The position numbers were made by a program, and so were the translations under genes. DNA of 64,000 nt from Octopus vulgaris (taxonomy: Eukaryota): contig OX597830.1 of NCBI GenBank assembly GCA_951406725.2, forward strand, positions 25,854,001-25,918,000, given 5' to 3'. Position 1 is the first letter of the stretch, and each line of letters begins with the position of its first letter. Below are positions 25,717 through 38,683 of this stretch, piece after piece. Under the pieces are notes generated by a model that had not been told where the DNA came from, ran no database searches, and saw nothing but the letters and a program-made list of their open reading frames with translations.

Positions 25717-26556
25717 AGAGATACCTAACCCGAAGTAATGAAACCTTGCTAGTGACAGTTAGGAATGACGGAGTGATGAAAACAGAGAAAAGAAGGAAAA
25801 ACAAAGGAGGAAGTGCAAAAACGACATGAAGAAGAATTACGCAAGATGGGACTACACAATCAATTCCATCTAACCACAACAGAAGTTGCTGGAAAAAGTA
25901 GGTGGGATTTGCTGATGAAAGGAACTCTAAAAAAGAGGCCGAGAACACTATACTGGCAGCACAGGTTCAAGCTTTGGCCACGAACTGGAGGGAGAATCTG
26001 AGGAATGAGCAAGTGTCTGCATTGTGCCACATCTGCAATAGAGTAGATGAAACCATTGCCCCTATCCCGATCAGGTAGTGAAGTGCTACATTGGAAACTG
26101 TGCGAAAAGTAAGGGGGGCTAGAGAGAGGCATGACGTGGTATGACCACAAACCGCAGAGAGTGGCGGAGTCGGGGAGAAGCAAAATCCTCTGGGACTTCC
26201 CAATCCAAACAGATCGAGTGCTAGAGCATAACAGAACGGACCTAGTAGTGGTGGACAAGGTGCACCACATACGCTATATAATTGATGTTGCATGCCCCTT
26301 CGACCCACGAATAATCAAGATGGAAGGCGAAAAGATAGATAAATATAACCCTCTTAAGTACGAAATAGCCCGGTTATGAAAAATGATGTTGAAGATAGTG
26401 GCAATTATTGTTGGATCCTTGGGAACAGTATCAGAAGGCTTCAAGAGGAATATAAAGGTAATTAGCTGAAAAGAACGGATAGTATGGTACCGTAGGCTGC
26501 AGGTAGCAAGCCCCGCTACGCATGCAAGACTCCAGGAGGTCCAACAAAACCTGTGA
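25717..26556 (+). mobile_element. R4/Dong-like 3' fragment of a different subfamily, head-to-head with the previous element
   Basis: KILWDFPIQTDRVLEHNRTDLVVVD...IIDVACPFD...KIDKY in ORF 26131..26379. Confidence 0.88.
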
Positions 26557-26570
26557 TAAAGAGAAATAAT

Positions 26571-26775
26571 AACCCTTTCTACTATAGTCACAAGGGTGGA
26601 GGTAGGGGGAATAGTCGATTACATCAAACTCATTATTTCACTGGTACTTAATTTATCGACCCCGAAAGGAGGAAAGGCAAAGTCGACCTCGGTGGAATTT
26701 GAACTCAGAGCGTAGCGACAGGCGAAATACCGCTAAAATTTTGTCCGGCGCGCTAACGATTCTGCCAGCTTGTCG
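26571..26775 (-). mobile_element. SINE S2
   Basis: Reverse complement of the S2 monomer next to (AAT)n. Confidence 0.8.
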
Positions 26776-26790
26776 CTTTATAAAGAGAGA

Positions 26791-26858
<68 letters not shown>

Positions 26859-26860
26859 CA

Positions 26861-26912
<52 letters not shown>

Positions 26913-26914
<2 letters not shown>

Positions 26915-27605
26915 CACTTCAGAGATTGCCAAAAATGTTCTTCTATTCCAGGTTGATTCCATGTTATTCAGCTAACATAGAGTCACAACAATTTCTCATT
27001 ACCCTTTAACTGAATCACAAAAAATGTTATTCCAATAATCCGAAATCTTGTGTTCTTCAGGCAACTTTAAGAACAGTTGATGAATCTGAAATATTTGTAC
27101 TTCAAACTGATAACTCTAAAGTGGTCATATCTGGTATATTGCGGCAAAATAATTGCCTAAGAGCGTATTTTTCAAGGATATTAACTTCTCACGAAGCAAA
27201 ACAACCTTTAATTGAAAAGGAAGCCATTATTGAAAGAGTCAGATAGTATCAACATTTGTTAATTGCAAAACGTTTTCAACTATTAATAGAACAAGTCGTT
27301 ATTATTCTTATTTTCAATAGCAAGAGATTTGCAAAGGTTAAAAATAATAAAACAGGTTCGTTAGAGATTTGAAATTGTCTAAATAAAATTATGACATATA
27401 GCATCATCCTCGAAGAGACGGTATTATGGCAGATGCTTTCTACTGAATTTTGTATTGCTTCTTCAAATTTGTCTCTTGCTAATTTCATAAATATCTTTGC
27501 TGTCCAGGTGTCCGTTAATTTTATCACTTTGTGAAATATTCAAAATTCTCCTTTCAGTAAAGATGATGTCAAGAAATGTGTGCACCTCTTGTAAAGTTTA
27601 TGCTT
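26913..27605 (+). mobile_element. Decayed Gypsy/Ty3 pol fragment (RNase H plus integrase zinc finger)
   Basis: FVLQTDNS..VISGILRQ...AYFSRIL...IEKEA...RF, then ADAF and LC.PGV..FYHFVK..PFS.DDVK..SCKV; RH-before-IN order; stops and frameshifts. Confidence 0.75.
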
Positions 27606-27879
27606 GTATTAATTAGCAGTTAAAGTTATATTAAGCATATTAAGTCACAAATTTTATTCGTGCAGCCTGACAATAGAAAATGTCTATTGATATCTTGGTG
27701 GGGGCGAAAGGGCTCATGTATAAAACGTGATTGCATTGTAGGTCAAAATACATCCAACAGATGCAGTGTTTGGGTGCATCGTCAGTGTTGTATCCTGGGG
27801 TTATTGGTTGTTTCGCGTCGTATGCACCTTCATTCATATGATCCGATCTAGGCTGAACAAGCTTAATTGGTGTCCAAGC

Positions 27880-28000
27880 ATCAATCTACTGACTTCACTA
27901 ATCACCAAAACCATCGAGGTCCTTCTCAGTTGCCTCTACGTTGTCTTTGACGGTTCTTCTGCTCATTCCTGTAATATTCAAGGTTCCATAGGCCTTACTC
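27880..28000 (-). mobile_element. Possible LINE APE endonuclease N-terminal remnant (RTE-like)
   Basis: GTLNITGMSRR...LVISEV on the minus strand; short and degenerate. Confidence 0.3.
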
Positions 28001-28316
28001 TGGTACGGGTTGCGAGCCTTCCAATGCAAGCCTCCACTGATAAACACCTAGTTGCCAACCAATTCTTGCGCCAATCCTTCTCCAACCTCTGACACTGAGT
28101 TCTTTTCCTCTCTTGCACGTTCTCCTTTCCCCTTTCCTTGGTTATAGTTAACCGCTACAAGACTAGCCGCCTTGTCTTAGAAACCAAAATAATATTTCTG
28201 TTCACAATTTCTTAAGATTCATATTTGTAAACCCATATGCAAATATCAATAGTTCTATGGTAATTAAATTAGTAAACATAAATAACAATTATTTGTGTAA
28301 AATTGGAAAAACTGCT

Positions 28317-28419
<103 letters not shown>

Positions 28420-28424
28420 ACACA

Positions 28425-28474
<50 letters not shown>

Positions 28475-28611
28475 TTACGTAGAAGAGCTTTTCATCCTTT
28501 CGGAGTCAATAAAATAGTGTCAGTCAAATTCTGGGGGCGATGCAATCGATTAACACCTCTAATCGAAAACTGCTGGCCTTGTGCCAAAATTTGAAACAAT
28601 ATATAGTGAGG

Positions 28612-28790
28612 TAGGGAAAGTTTGTGTCCTAGTCTATAGGGTGTTGCATTCATGATTGCCAGATCGTGGTGTCGCTTCCCAAACCGAGTGGCGCGGTGTG
28701 TTCTTGAGCACGTTACACCAGTCCGCTCAGCTATAAACGGGTCACCCCTGCAACGGCATAGTCTTCCAATCGAAAGGAATACTGGCCTGC
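28612..28790 (+). mobile_element. SINE S4, degenerate
   Basis: Similar to 42008-42250 (ttcttgagca, ccagtcc.ctcagct, ccctgc). Confidence 0.5.
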
Positions 28791-28856
28791 TCGCCAACCC
28801 ACGGAGTGGCATCATTCGAAGGCTAATTACAGAGCTGCTACTCACTGAACTGACTT

Positions 28857-29225
28857 GCTGAGAACCCATTTCAGCTCTACATTTCTGGATGCAGTGGCAA
28901 GATCCAGGAAAGATTAGACAAGATTGGTGACTAGGTGTTAGCTTCCCTCCTGTAAAGTACAGCGAATTGTTTGACAAAAACTCTCTCGTTTATTTGTCTA
29001 GTGAATCATACAATATCTTAGATGAACTTCAAGAAAACAAGGTCTATATAATTGGAGGTCCTGTGGACCACAATCATTGTGAAGGTCTTTGCTATCGTCT
29101 GACAGTGGAGGCCAACATCTCTTATGCCCAACTCTCCATATCACGGTAATTTAGAAACGAAGTCCAAGAAGGTGCTCACGGCGAGTCACATATTTGAGAT
29201 TAATTCTGCAATATACCAAGACCAA
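28857..29225 (+). pseudogene. TRMT10A: tRNA m1G9 methyltransferase TRMT10A-like pseudogene fragment
   Basis: AENPFQLYI...YSELFDKNSLVYLSSES.NILDELQENKVYIIGGPVDHNH...AQL...KSKKVLTASHIFEI matches the SPOUT Trm10 motifs (YLTSDS, YVIGGLVDHN, RKVLAVNHVFEI); stops and frameshifts, no introns. Confidence 0.8.
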
Positions 29226-29675
29226 TGCCAAGCGAATTGTAATCAACGATGTATAACATCACCCGATAATCTGGTCAGTATGATGATACCATGATATAGC
29301 GAGCCAGCACGGTGCCTAAATGTGTGGATCTAATTATTACCAATGCTGCTAAGACCTGAAATATTCACATTACGTGTCAAATAGAGCGATTAAGGACCAG
29401 CAATCAAAGAAAACAACGACCAGCATTTCTCTACAGTAGGCATCAACAGTGAAGCCAAAGCCTTCGTCATTACTTATTGGTGCCGGAGTAGTTATCTTAT
29501 TGTATAGAAATGTTCGTAACAGTACGTTGTATTGCTCAGGGAAATGTGATTAATTGATGATGTATCATATGTGATGAATTAATTGATATAATAAAGACGA
29601 ACTGAATCATTCTGTATGTTCTGCCATACACTCATACGTTAGTCTATGCGTTTATACATGAAAGAATGAATGTAT

Positions 29676-29716
<41 letters not shown>

Positions 29717-29859
29717 GCACGCGCACACACATACAGCTGTATGCATTTTGCATGTGTGTGTGTGTGTTTGTGTATGTATAATGCGCATATTTGTGAGTGT
29801 GTATGTATGTGTGCACATAAATAAACGCAAATATATATATATTTGTGTGTGTGTGTGTG

Positions 29860-29890
<31 letters not shown>

Positions 29891-30215
29891 GTAGGTGTGT
29901 ATGTGTGTTTATATATTATGTCTCATACATATTTACCTAATTACATAACTACATACACATAATAGAAAGTAGCTATATATTTCTATGTTTGAATACACAG
30001 ACACACACACATGCACGCGCGCGCACACACACACACATACACACACACACACGCACACACACGCACACACGCACACATGGACGTATGATCGAAAGTTTTC
30101 GTTCGAGATAAATGCTTTGCAACGTTCCTAACCGCTTTCTTCACCCTCATTTCAAGTACAGCCGAAGTGATGTTTACTTTCATCATTCCCAAATAGAATA
30201 AAGAATTATATCTTA

Positions 30216-30601
30216 CTAGCAGTATCGCCCGGCGTTGCTCAGGTTTGTAAGGGAAATAACTATAAAGCATTTTTAGAGAGTTATAGCCAAAAAATAGCAA
30301 AAAAATGGAAAAAAAATTATGGTAAATTTTTTTTGAGAGTAAAAAAAGGTTGAGTTGCGTCCCCTAGACAGTCTGTGGTTTGTTTTTTTTTATTCTCGAC
30401 CCCATGTCGAATTTATCGATTTTTTCAGAACTGGGGTTAACTTTTCAAAATTTTCGCTGCGTTAGTTTTGAATTATGACATTGGGCTATGTGTGTGTCAA
30501 GTTTCATCAGAATCGGTTGAAAGCCGTGGTCAGGGTGAGGGTACGAGAAAACAGACACACAGAAACACGCACAGACAAACTGCCGTTTATATATAGAAAG
30601 A
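30216..30601 (-). mobile_element. Non-autonomous Helitron
   Basis: Minus strand A|TC start, subterminal hairpin cctgagcaacgccggg, CTAG|T end; no TSD. Confidence 0.85.
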
Positions 30602-30602
30602 T

Positions 30603-30665
<63 letters not shown>

Positions 30666-31044
30666 CGATTTCCGGACAGAAACACGCAGACAACTGTTAT
30701 ATGCGTGGTGTTTGCCCTCCACCCAACATGACCGCCTTGAAAATTGTTTTGTTAACGTCTCCATAACTTAGGGATTCGATTAAAAAAAGGAACCCTAGAA
30801 AATAAGTGTCAGTACTGGAGCTGATTTATTCAAGTAAACCCTTCAGGACATTGCTCCAGCATGGCAGCTTTCAAATGACCGAAATATGTAGAATATATAT
30901 TCAACCCTCACAATCATGAAATCCGGTCATTTTATATGGTTTCTGGGGTAACTGACATCTACCATAGTTTCGAGTTAACTCAAGCCTTCTGAGTGAAACT
31001 GCGTAGATCAGTGGATTTCAACCGGGGTCCGTATGACCCTTAAA

Positions 31045-31155
31045 AAACAGGTAAAGTTACCTTCTCGAGTCATACTGACTCATAAAAGCCGGTTTCCCGG
31101 TTTTATGGTGTATATATGCCCCATCTGGACAGGACACCGATCCATCGCAGGATTA
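31045..31155 (-). mobile_element. SINE S4 3' part
   Basis: Reverse complement of cctgcgatgga...cctgtccag...gggaaaccggc...tcgagaaggtaacttta. Confidence 0.65.
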
Positions 31156-31732
31156 ATATATCGTTAGTAAATACGAAAGAGCAGCATACTGTAAGTAGGG
31201 TAATTAGATAAAGATGGTTACGACCGGTCTATAGGGTTACCCTGGGTTTCACGTCCATAAAGCGCTTAGCTTTACGTTTCTTATTGTTTTTCTAAGCACT
31301 CTTCTAATGTTCCTTTACTTAGCCCATTTACACGCTATATCGTACATATTCTAAATAATAACTTTAGTCTTATACTACGGCTTCCATTGAAAATACAGGA
31401 ACTAATTTACAAACTATAAATTAGTGTCACGTAGGTTCAAATAACTACACCAACTATCCCCAATAGCGATAACTTCCTCAGATTACACCGACGGTCAACT
31501 AGCCATTAGTACCAGATGTTAGAACCTCCGGACACGTGGAATTATGAAACTAACTAATCATAAGACAATGGATTTAACTAACTCTCTTCTCTTCTATCCT
31601 CCAAATGATATATTGAGTCATGGACTTCACTAAAATGTTAGACTATTGGATTTACGAACATTTTCCCTTTATTCCTTTCTTTTCCCCACATCTTCTTTCT
31701 ATTTTCCTTCTATTTATCTTTGCCATACAATC

Positions 31733-31809
31733 GTTCCGATGATGTCTGTCAATTACGACGCGGTAAATGCAAATTTACCCCAGCTTGACGTACTGAAACA
31801 GCTGTAAAC
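31733..31809 (+). ncRNA. Type I hammerhead motif with enlarged stem II, element ending on (TA)n at ~31890
   Basis: gtt-CCGATGA-[~50 nt with internal hairpin ggtaaat/atttacc]-GAAA-cagctg-TA-aac; palindromic helix III acagctgt. Confidence 0.55.
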
Positions 31810-32267
31810 TCCCATCTTCATTAAATAATGACTTTATAACACCAACAATCCACTTCTCACTGTTTATTGCCCCATTTCTTATCGTCTTTGTATATATATA
31901 GCACCAAGTATGTTAGGGGTTGTGGATCCAACCTACTAAGGCATAATACTTATCCGATATACTGTTGGTATAATACCCAAATTATTAATACACAAGTGTT
32001 TTTAATTGCAATACAATTAACTTACTTATTGTATTAAATGGGTGAAGGTAAAGAAATATTTTACCATTAATTTATAATACAAATAAGAAAATGGAGAAAC
32101 AATTTAGTTGGTTCATCAGCTTTAGGATATTAGAATGTTGACTTATATATTTATTTAACAAAAACAAGAACCTTAATAACATACATATATACATTATAAT
32201 TCAATACATAAAGATAAGAATACAATTATAAAAATCTCAATATAAATGATTGAAATTATTAAAATCA

Positions 32268-32391
32268 CTCTTACATCTGTTTCAGTCTAAGGAAAAAAGT
32301 AGATTTTCAGTGCCTATAGTTGTCAATTATATTGAGGTTGTAGGCATTTAAAAATGGGGTACTTATATATAACCATAGGTCTTGTCAGAGA
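32268..32391 (-). ncRNA. Degenerate hammerhead motif with ~100 nt stem II region
   Basis: tct-CTGACAA-[...]-GAAA-cagatg-TA-aga on the minus strand. Confidence 0.4.
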
Positions 32392-32494
32392 TTATAAAGA
32401 ACTTTCAATATATAAATACATGAAAGAGGATACACGTACAATTTAATATATATAAATATAAACAAATATCCATATACACATACATGCATATATA

Positions 32495-32725
32495 TATTGG
32501 GGGAACAAACACAGATACACACACACATATATCTATATATATATGTGTGTGTGTGTACATAAATGATGAGCTTTTTCAGTTTCCATATATCGAATCCAAT
32601 CACAAACCTTTGGTCAGCCCGAGGATATAGTAGAAGACACTTGCCCAAGATGCCACGCAGTGGGACTGAACCCGGAATCATGTGGTTGGAAAGCAACCTT
32701 CTTACCACACAACCACTCATGCGCC
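32495..32725 (-). mobile_element. SINE S1 5' half
   Basis: Reverse complement of the S1 head and core. Confidence 0.85.
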
Positions 32726-32885
32726 TATATATATATATGCATGCACGTCAAGGGTCAAGATTGTTTGTTATGGTTAGTCAGAGAGTGACCGTAGTTTTCG
32801 CACCTAGAAAGTACTCCTCTGGACAGGTGATTCGTGAGACTCGTTGGCCGATACACACAGACAGTGAGAGATAGAAGGAGGGCCG

Positions 32886-32946
32886 GATAACTCAAGAGAT
32901 GGCGGCGTGGATTTCCACCTCGGCATCCGAAACTCGGAATTTTATC
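32886..32946 (+). ncRNA. Hammerhead motif family B (core mutated to CTCAAGA)
   Basis: Homologous to 13359-13419 including the downstream atggctac.gaataattgtcacatatta tail into a microsatellite. Confidence 0.55.
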
Positions 32947-32991
32947 ATGGCTACCGAATAATTGTCACATATTACATTTACATACATACAT

Positions 32992-33047
<56 letters not shown>

Positions 33048-33692
33048 TTATTTATTTATACATATATTTATATACTTATATAAATTCACGCATAAATGTA
33101 TATGTATATGAATATCAATCTATCAATGTTTGTGTGTGTATGTGTGTGTGTGTTGATGTGTGTGTACATGTGTGTGTATGTATGTATGCATATATGAATG
33201 TATGTATGTATGAATCACTCACTCATACAAACGCACACATCTACACACAGTAGCTGAAGTGAAAGGGTCGCAAAAGTTGAGATTTAATTAATACATAAAC
33301 GCTACACTGATTATGCCGGTAGATTTGTTAACGCGATCCATGTAATGAATGTTATAATTGCAATTTATCTTCCTATAAATACAAATTAAAGGTAAACAAG
33401 GCATATTTGAAAACCAGAAGTGCGTATGATTAATAAGCAGTGAATTAGAATAGAACCGGAATCAGATTTAGATGTGAATGCACAACGTTTTTAAACGTAC
33501 GTCGTATAATTTCGTTAGTTTTTCTATTATATAAACCGACAGCGTGGTTTCAGCTAAGCTGGAAAACGCTAGTCTCGGGATTGAATCCCAATCTGATATT
33601 GTGGAATGTTCTTTCATTCTTTTATTAAATTTAGTTATTGGATTTTGTCCATATTAAACGGGTTTAATGTTTGGGTTAGTCGATTATATATA

Positions 33693-33930
33693 CAGGGTTG
33701 GTCAAAAGTCACCTGACAGTAAATAGAAGCCCGTTTAATTCCAAGATTAAAACATAAAATTATTTTATATGAGACGTCGCTAATATACAGACGAATGTTG
33801 AAAAAGAAAACACAACAGAAACAGTGATTTTAACTCACAGCATTCAGTTATTAAACATTCATAAATAAAATTGAATAAAAAGTATTTATGGAATTTTGAT
33901 TTACTGTCAGGTGACTTTTGGCCAACCCTG
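33693..33930. mobile_element. Tc1/mariner MITE
   Basis: 32 bp TIR cagggttgg(t/c)caaaagtcacctgacagtaaat; TA on both sides. Confidence 0.92.
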
Positions 33931-33962
<32 letters not shown>

Positions 33963-34168
33963 TGTATGTATGTATGTATGTATGTATATATACAAGGTAG
34001 GAAAATTATAGAAGTTTTCTTCCAGTGGTCTAGCGTGTATAAAATAGTCAATAGACATATTTTTCATATAAAATTAGTGTACATTTAACCGTGGTTTAGA
34101 TTTTGACTGTTCCTTCTAGCATGTAAGGTGTCCTTTTAGGGTGACCGCTTTCCTGTTTAAACGTACAC

Positions 34169-34228
<60 letters not shown>

Positions 34229-34244
34229 TATATACATATATATA

Positions 34245-35290
34245 CATGGAGTCCCAAAATTAAGGCAAACAATTTTATTCAATTTTGCCAAAGCAAAATA
34301 TTATATTTCGGATCCGAGCAGCATTGAAACACAATGGTAAAGGAAACATAATTACGACGCTCCCACATTTATTCGATATGACCACCACTCTTTCTAGGTG
34401 CGAATGCTTCACATGCGGCACGCAGCTGTCCTTGTGGAATCGAAGCCCATTTCTGGAGCAGTTTTGCCTTCAGAGCGTTGAGCGAAGCATGAGGAGTGCG
34501 CGTGACTCCCGTTTCCAAAATGGATCAAAGGCAAAAATCGAACGGGTTGAGATAGGGGCTTCTTGAGGGCCATACATCCTTGCCTATGAACGATAGAATG
34601 TTATTCTGAATCCGGTGTTGTGTCTGTTTGGAGCTGTGGGATGGTGCCGAGTCTTTGCTGGAGACTCCAAGGCAGCGCCTTGAAAGTGCTCATTCACCCA
34701 TGGAAGTATTTCAGCTTCCAGAATGTCGCTAATGTATCGCTGGGTGTTAATTTTAACAACGGAGGGTACAAGAATGAGGGAAACCTTCCAGTGGCTGTCG
34801 CAGTCGCCTGAACCATTACTGATTGTGGATTTTGATGTCGATTTACGAGTCTATCCCCGACGGAACCAGATACATTCCAAAGTCAGTCATTCTGGTTTAC
34901 GTTCTGTTCGATGTCAAATTTCTTTTCATCAGTGAACACCAGGTTGGGTAGCGTCCCTTTAGCAATATGACGCAGGATAAGACGACTTCTCTCAGCTACA
35001 GGGCCTTACAATCTTGCGAGAGCTCATGATAGCAGATCGTCTTGTAGGAGCGGATCCCGAGATCCTCCTTCAGTAATCGATACATCAATGTTCGGCTTAT
35101 TCTTGCTGTGGAAACCAGCTTTCTGACGGGACGACGAGGATTTCGCCGTATCTTTTCTCTGGTATTTTCGAAAAGCTGAGTGGTCCGAACACCTCTTCTT
35201 TGGCCATGTCCAAGTCGATCGGCAGTGGAACCAGTCTCTTGAAATTCTTTATCTTTTGCTTTGTTTTCCATTTGTATCTTTCGTTGTTCG
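34245..35290 (-). mobile_element. Decayed Tc1/mariner (DD37D/maT-like) transposase
   Basis: HTH-like REKIRRNPRRPVRKL in ORF 34996..35376; DSAPSH and SP.LNPFDF-like motifs in broken frames; left end at TA. Confidence 0.75.
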
Positions 35291-35369
35291 AAAGAATAGT
35301 TCATGTTCCATGTACACGTGCTTCGTACTTTTTTGTTGTACACGTATCGTGACGTTCTGTGCCCCCCCC

Positions 35370-35419
<50 letters not shown>

Positions 35420-35511
35420 TATGTACGTATAGATGTAAGTATGTACATGTAAGTATGCACATAAATATATATTTACATATATATAGATAGATATACATAT
35501 ATATACATATG

Positions 35512-35557
<46 letters not shown>

Positions 35558-35650
35558 AACGTTTTCTATGCAAATTATATTTACATACGTCTATAAACAA
35601 TTGGAAATATAATTTGCATAAACTATGTTCATGTATATGATAAAAAATGC

Positions 35651-35685
<35 letters not shown>

Positions 35686-37118
35686 GCATACATACGTAGA
35701 CATGTACATGTATTTGCATGTATATATTCATATAGACATGCATAAATACATAAACATGCAATTATGTATATATATATATGTGTGTGTGTGTGCATTTTAT
35801 ATTTACGTATATATGTGTGTGTATATACGAGTATATATATATATACATGAATATGTTTATACATATACATATAAACATCCGGCTTGTTTGAATATATTTA
35901 TTCAGTGGTCCTTACGCAGGTCCAATAAAAGTTGTATCAGATATCGGCAATTCAATATAGCCATTATCTCAGTGAATGACCCTGATTTGTGTTGTGAAAT
36001 ACATCAAAACTTCAGACGTGTGTCATATTGGAAACATGATTTACATCCGGTCAGGTTATCCAAATCGAAGATCAATGTCTTTCATCATACCATCTTTATA
36101 CAAACAATACATTTCCCGGAAATTATTCAAAACAAGGAAGACAAGAATTTGAGGTAAATATTAACGATCACATGACTGTGCACCCGTGACGTCACCAAAC
36201 ACTAACGCCATTCTGTCCACAATTAGTTTAATGGTGGTCGCGTAGTTGATTTACGTATCGTTGATAGATTTTTGTTTATTTGTTTTGTTTTCTACAATGG
36301 TTGGATAGTGCCAAATAATATATGATCGATTGGGAAACTGTATAGCCATGCAGAAAATATTTATTGTAGCTGCAACATTCATATAATTGGTTTTACTTTA
36401 TTGCTTAGTAGGGAAAACGGTCACTGCTCCTGACCTTTTTCAGAGCCTTTAAGACTGGCAGCAAAGAGGAGGGGGATGAGTTATCCTCTAGCTGGTGACC
36501 TGATCCGAATGTCTCTAATAGAAAAGAATTCTCTGTTTTTCTTCTAAAGGCACCTAAGGGACTGTTCCGGGTGTTAAACCGAGCCAAGGAGAGACAACCA
36601 CTTCAGCAGGCCGCGGCAGATTTCGACTCTGAAGGGAATAAATATCACAAAGTATGTCGCCTGACGATCTAGCGATTCTGTTTGCGTTCAGTCTTCAGAT
36701 GGTACTTTATAAAAAGCAAAGCTGACCTCGGCAGAATTTGAACCCAGAACAACGCAGAGCCGGAATTAATATTGCAAAATACATTATCGATGTCCTAATG
36801 GTTCTGTTAGGCCACAATCATCGACTGGTGTATTATTTTATCAATCTACAGTACAACAAAAAAACAACAACAAAGCTGATGACTTTGACTGGATTTGAAA
36901 TCAGAACGCTAAAAGCTGTAATATATAATCTTCGCGCCTGTCGTCTGCAGCTTTAGCTGACACTGTCATTTCGGCATTTTATCATTCTAGACTGACTGGA
37001 GAACAATGATCATAGACATTACAGACAAGATGAGAGACATTGCTAACGTTTTCCAGAACATCATACAAAGATATATCTATAGCCTGGAGCCTGTACAAGA
37101 AATTAATTTATAGTTCAT

Positions 37119-37147
37119 GCCGCCATTTTTCGAGTATCTACTTCCGG
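37119..37147 (-). promoter_or_regulatory. Adjacent ETS (CCGGAAGT) and YY1/TISU-like (AAAATGGCGGC) motifs
   Basis: Minus strand accggaagtagatactcgaaaaatggcggc in non-repeat sequence; motif match only. Confidence 0.25.
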
Positions 37148-37611
37148 TGGTCATCTCATCTACAGTTTGAGCTGTACGGCGATTGTTTTTATTACACAAA
37201 TATGTAAAGAAAACAATCAAAGACACTAGCTTTCGGATGTGAAGGGTGTATTCGGACAAAAAAAAAACAAAACAGAACAATACTGGAAACAATGACAACA
37301 ACAGTTACAATAGTAAAAAAAAAAATTAATTCTCAGGAAAATATACGTCTTTTTTGACAACACAACCGACACTGCCACTACCACCGCCACCACTGTCGTC
37401 GTCGTCGTCATCATCATCATCATCATCATCACTATGATGTCAACATATCCTATCATAAAATGAAATAGGTTCGAGTTCGGTGTGCAGAAATACTTAAGTA
37501 TGTATGTATGTATCTGTGTATGTATGTATGTATGTATGTATGTATGTATGTATGTATGTATGTATGTATGTATGTATGTATGTATGCATGTATATATGTA
37601 TATGTGTATGC

Positions 37612-37658
<47 letters not shown>

Positions 37659-37753
37659 AATTTGTACTGTCTCCCTGGTTTCTATGTGGTAGGCCACTTG
37701 GTGTTAAACTGACGGTATTATTAAATTAATATATAATTTTTCACCCTCATTTA

Positions 37754-37801
<48 letters not shown>

Positions 37802-37994
37802 CATATGCATAAATATGTGTATGTAAATGTATGTGTGTATGTATGTATGAATGCTTCATGAGAATTCATGACTACCAAATTTGGCTTTGGAAAAATAGAA
37901 CCTACAGCAGATGACATCGGTATGTGCATATGTATGTATGTCTGTTTATTATATAATATACATATGTGTGTGTGTGTGTGTGTGTGTATACATA

Positions 37995-38027
<33 letters not shown>

Positions 38028-38555
38028 CTATATCTATATCTATATCTATCTATATATATAAAATACAAAAAAAGGACAAGAACCAGTCAGTTTTCTTTCC
38101 CCAGTCAAGTTGCAGATTATCTTTGCAATTTCGGCTAGTTATACTCGAGATTGCTCCAATTTGGCCAGCCCCAAGGAAAAACTAATATCTATATATATAT
38201 AGATATATAGATACACACACATATACATACACACATACGTATGTACATGTGTACATGTATATACATATGTACACACAAATACATATATGTACGTATGTGG
38301 TTGTACACACACGCTAATAAACACTGAAAATTATGCGCATAGATTCATCCACTCATGTGCACATGGACAAATACATATACATACATATATACATGTACAT
38401 ACATACATATATATACATATATGCACATACATACATATATAAATATATTACTCAATAAAAGTTGAGGAAATGGACTTGAGGAAATGGAGTTGGTAAAGAT
38501 GTAAATGAATTTATTAGCATAGTTCCAAGGTAAAAACTGAATGCAAATGAATTCA

Positions 38556-38683
38556 AAAGACCTATATATGTTTCGATTCCAGCCTATAGATAAATGCATA
38601 ATTTCAAGAATTATATTAAATCCAATGTTGAGAATTAATGATAATTTTAAATAATATAGGATAGAATCTCTTCAGGGTTTTTT
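38556..38683 (-). ncRNA. Type I hammerhead motif with canonical core, 13/14 bp stem II and 66 nt loop
   Basis: aaaaaacc-CTGAAGA-gattcta(t)cctata[66 nt]tatagg(c)tggaatc-GAAA-catata-TA-ggtctttt. Confidence 0.7.

Noticed and set aside
35900-36155. Open frame with AG/GT boundaries as a host exon
   Set aside because: No recognisable protein and no partner exon; insufficient support.
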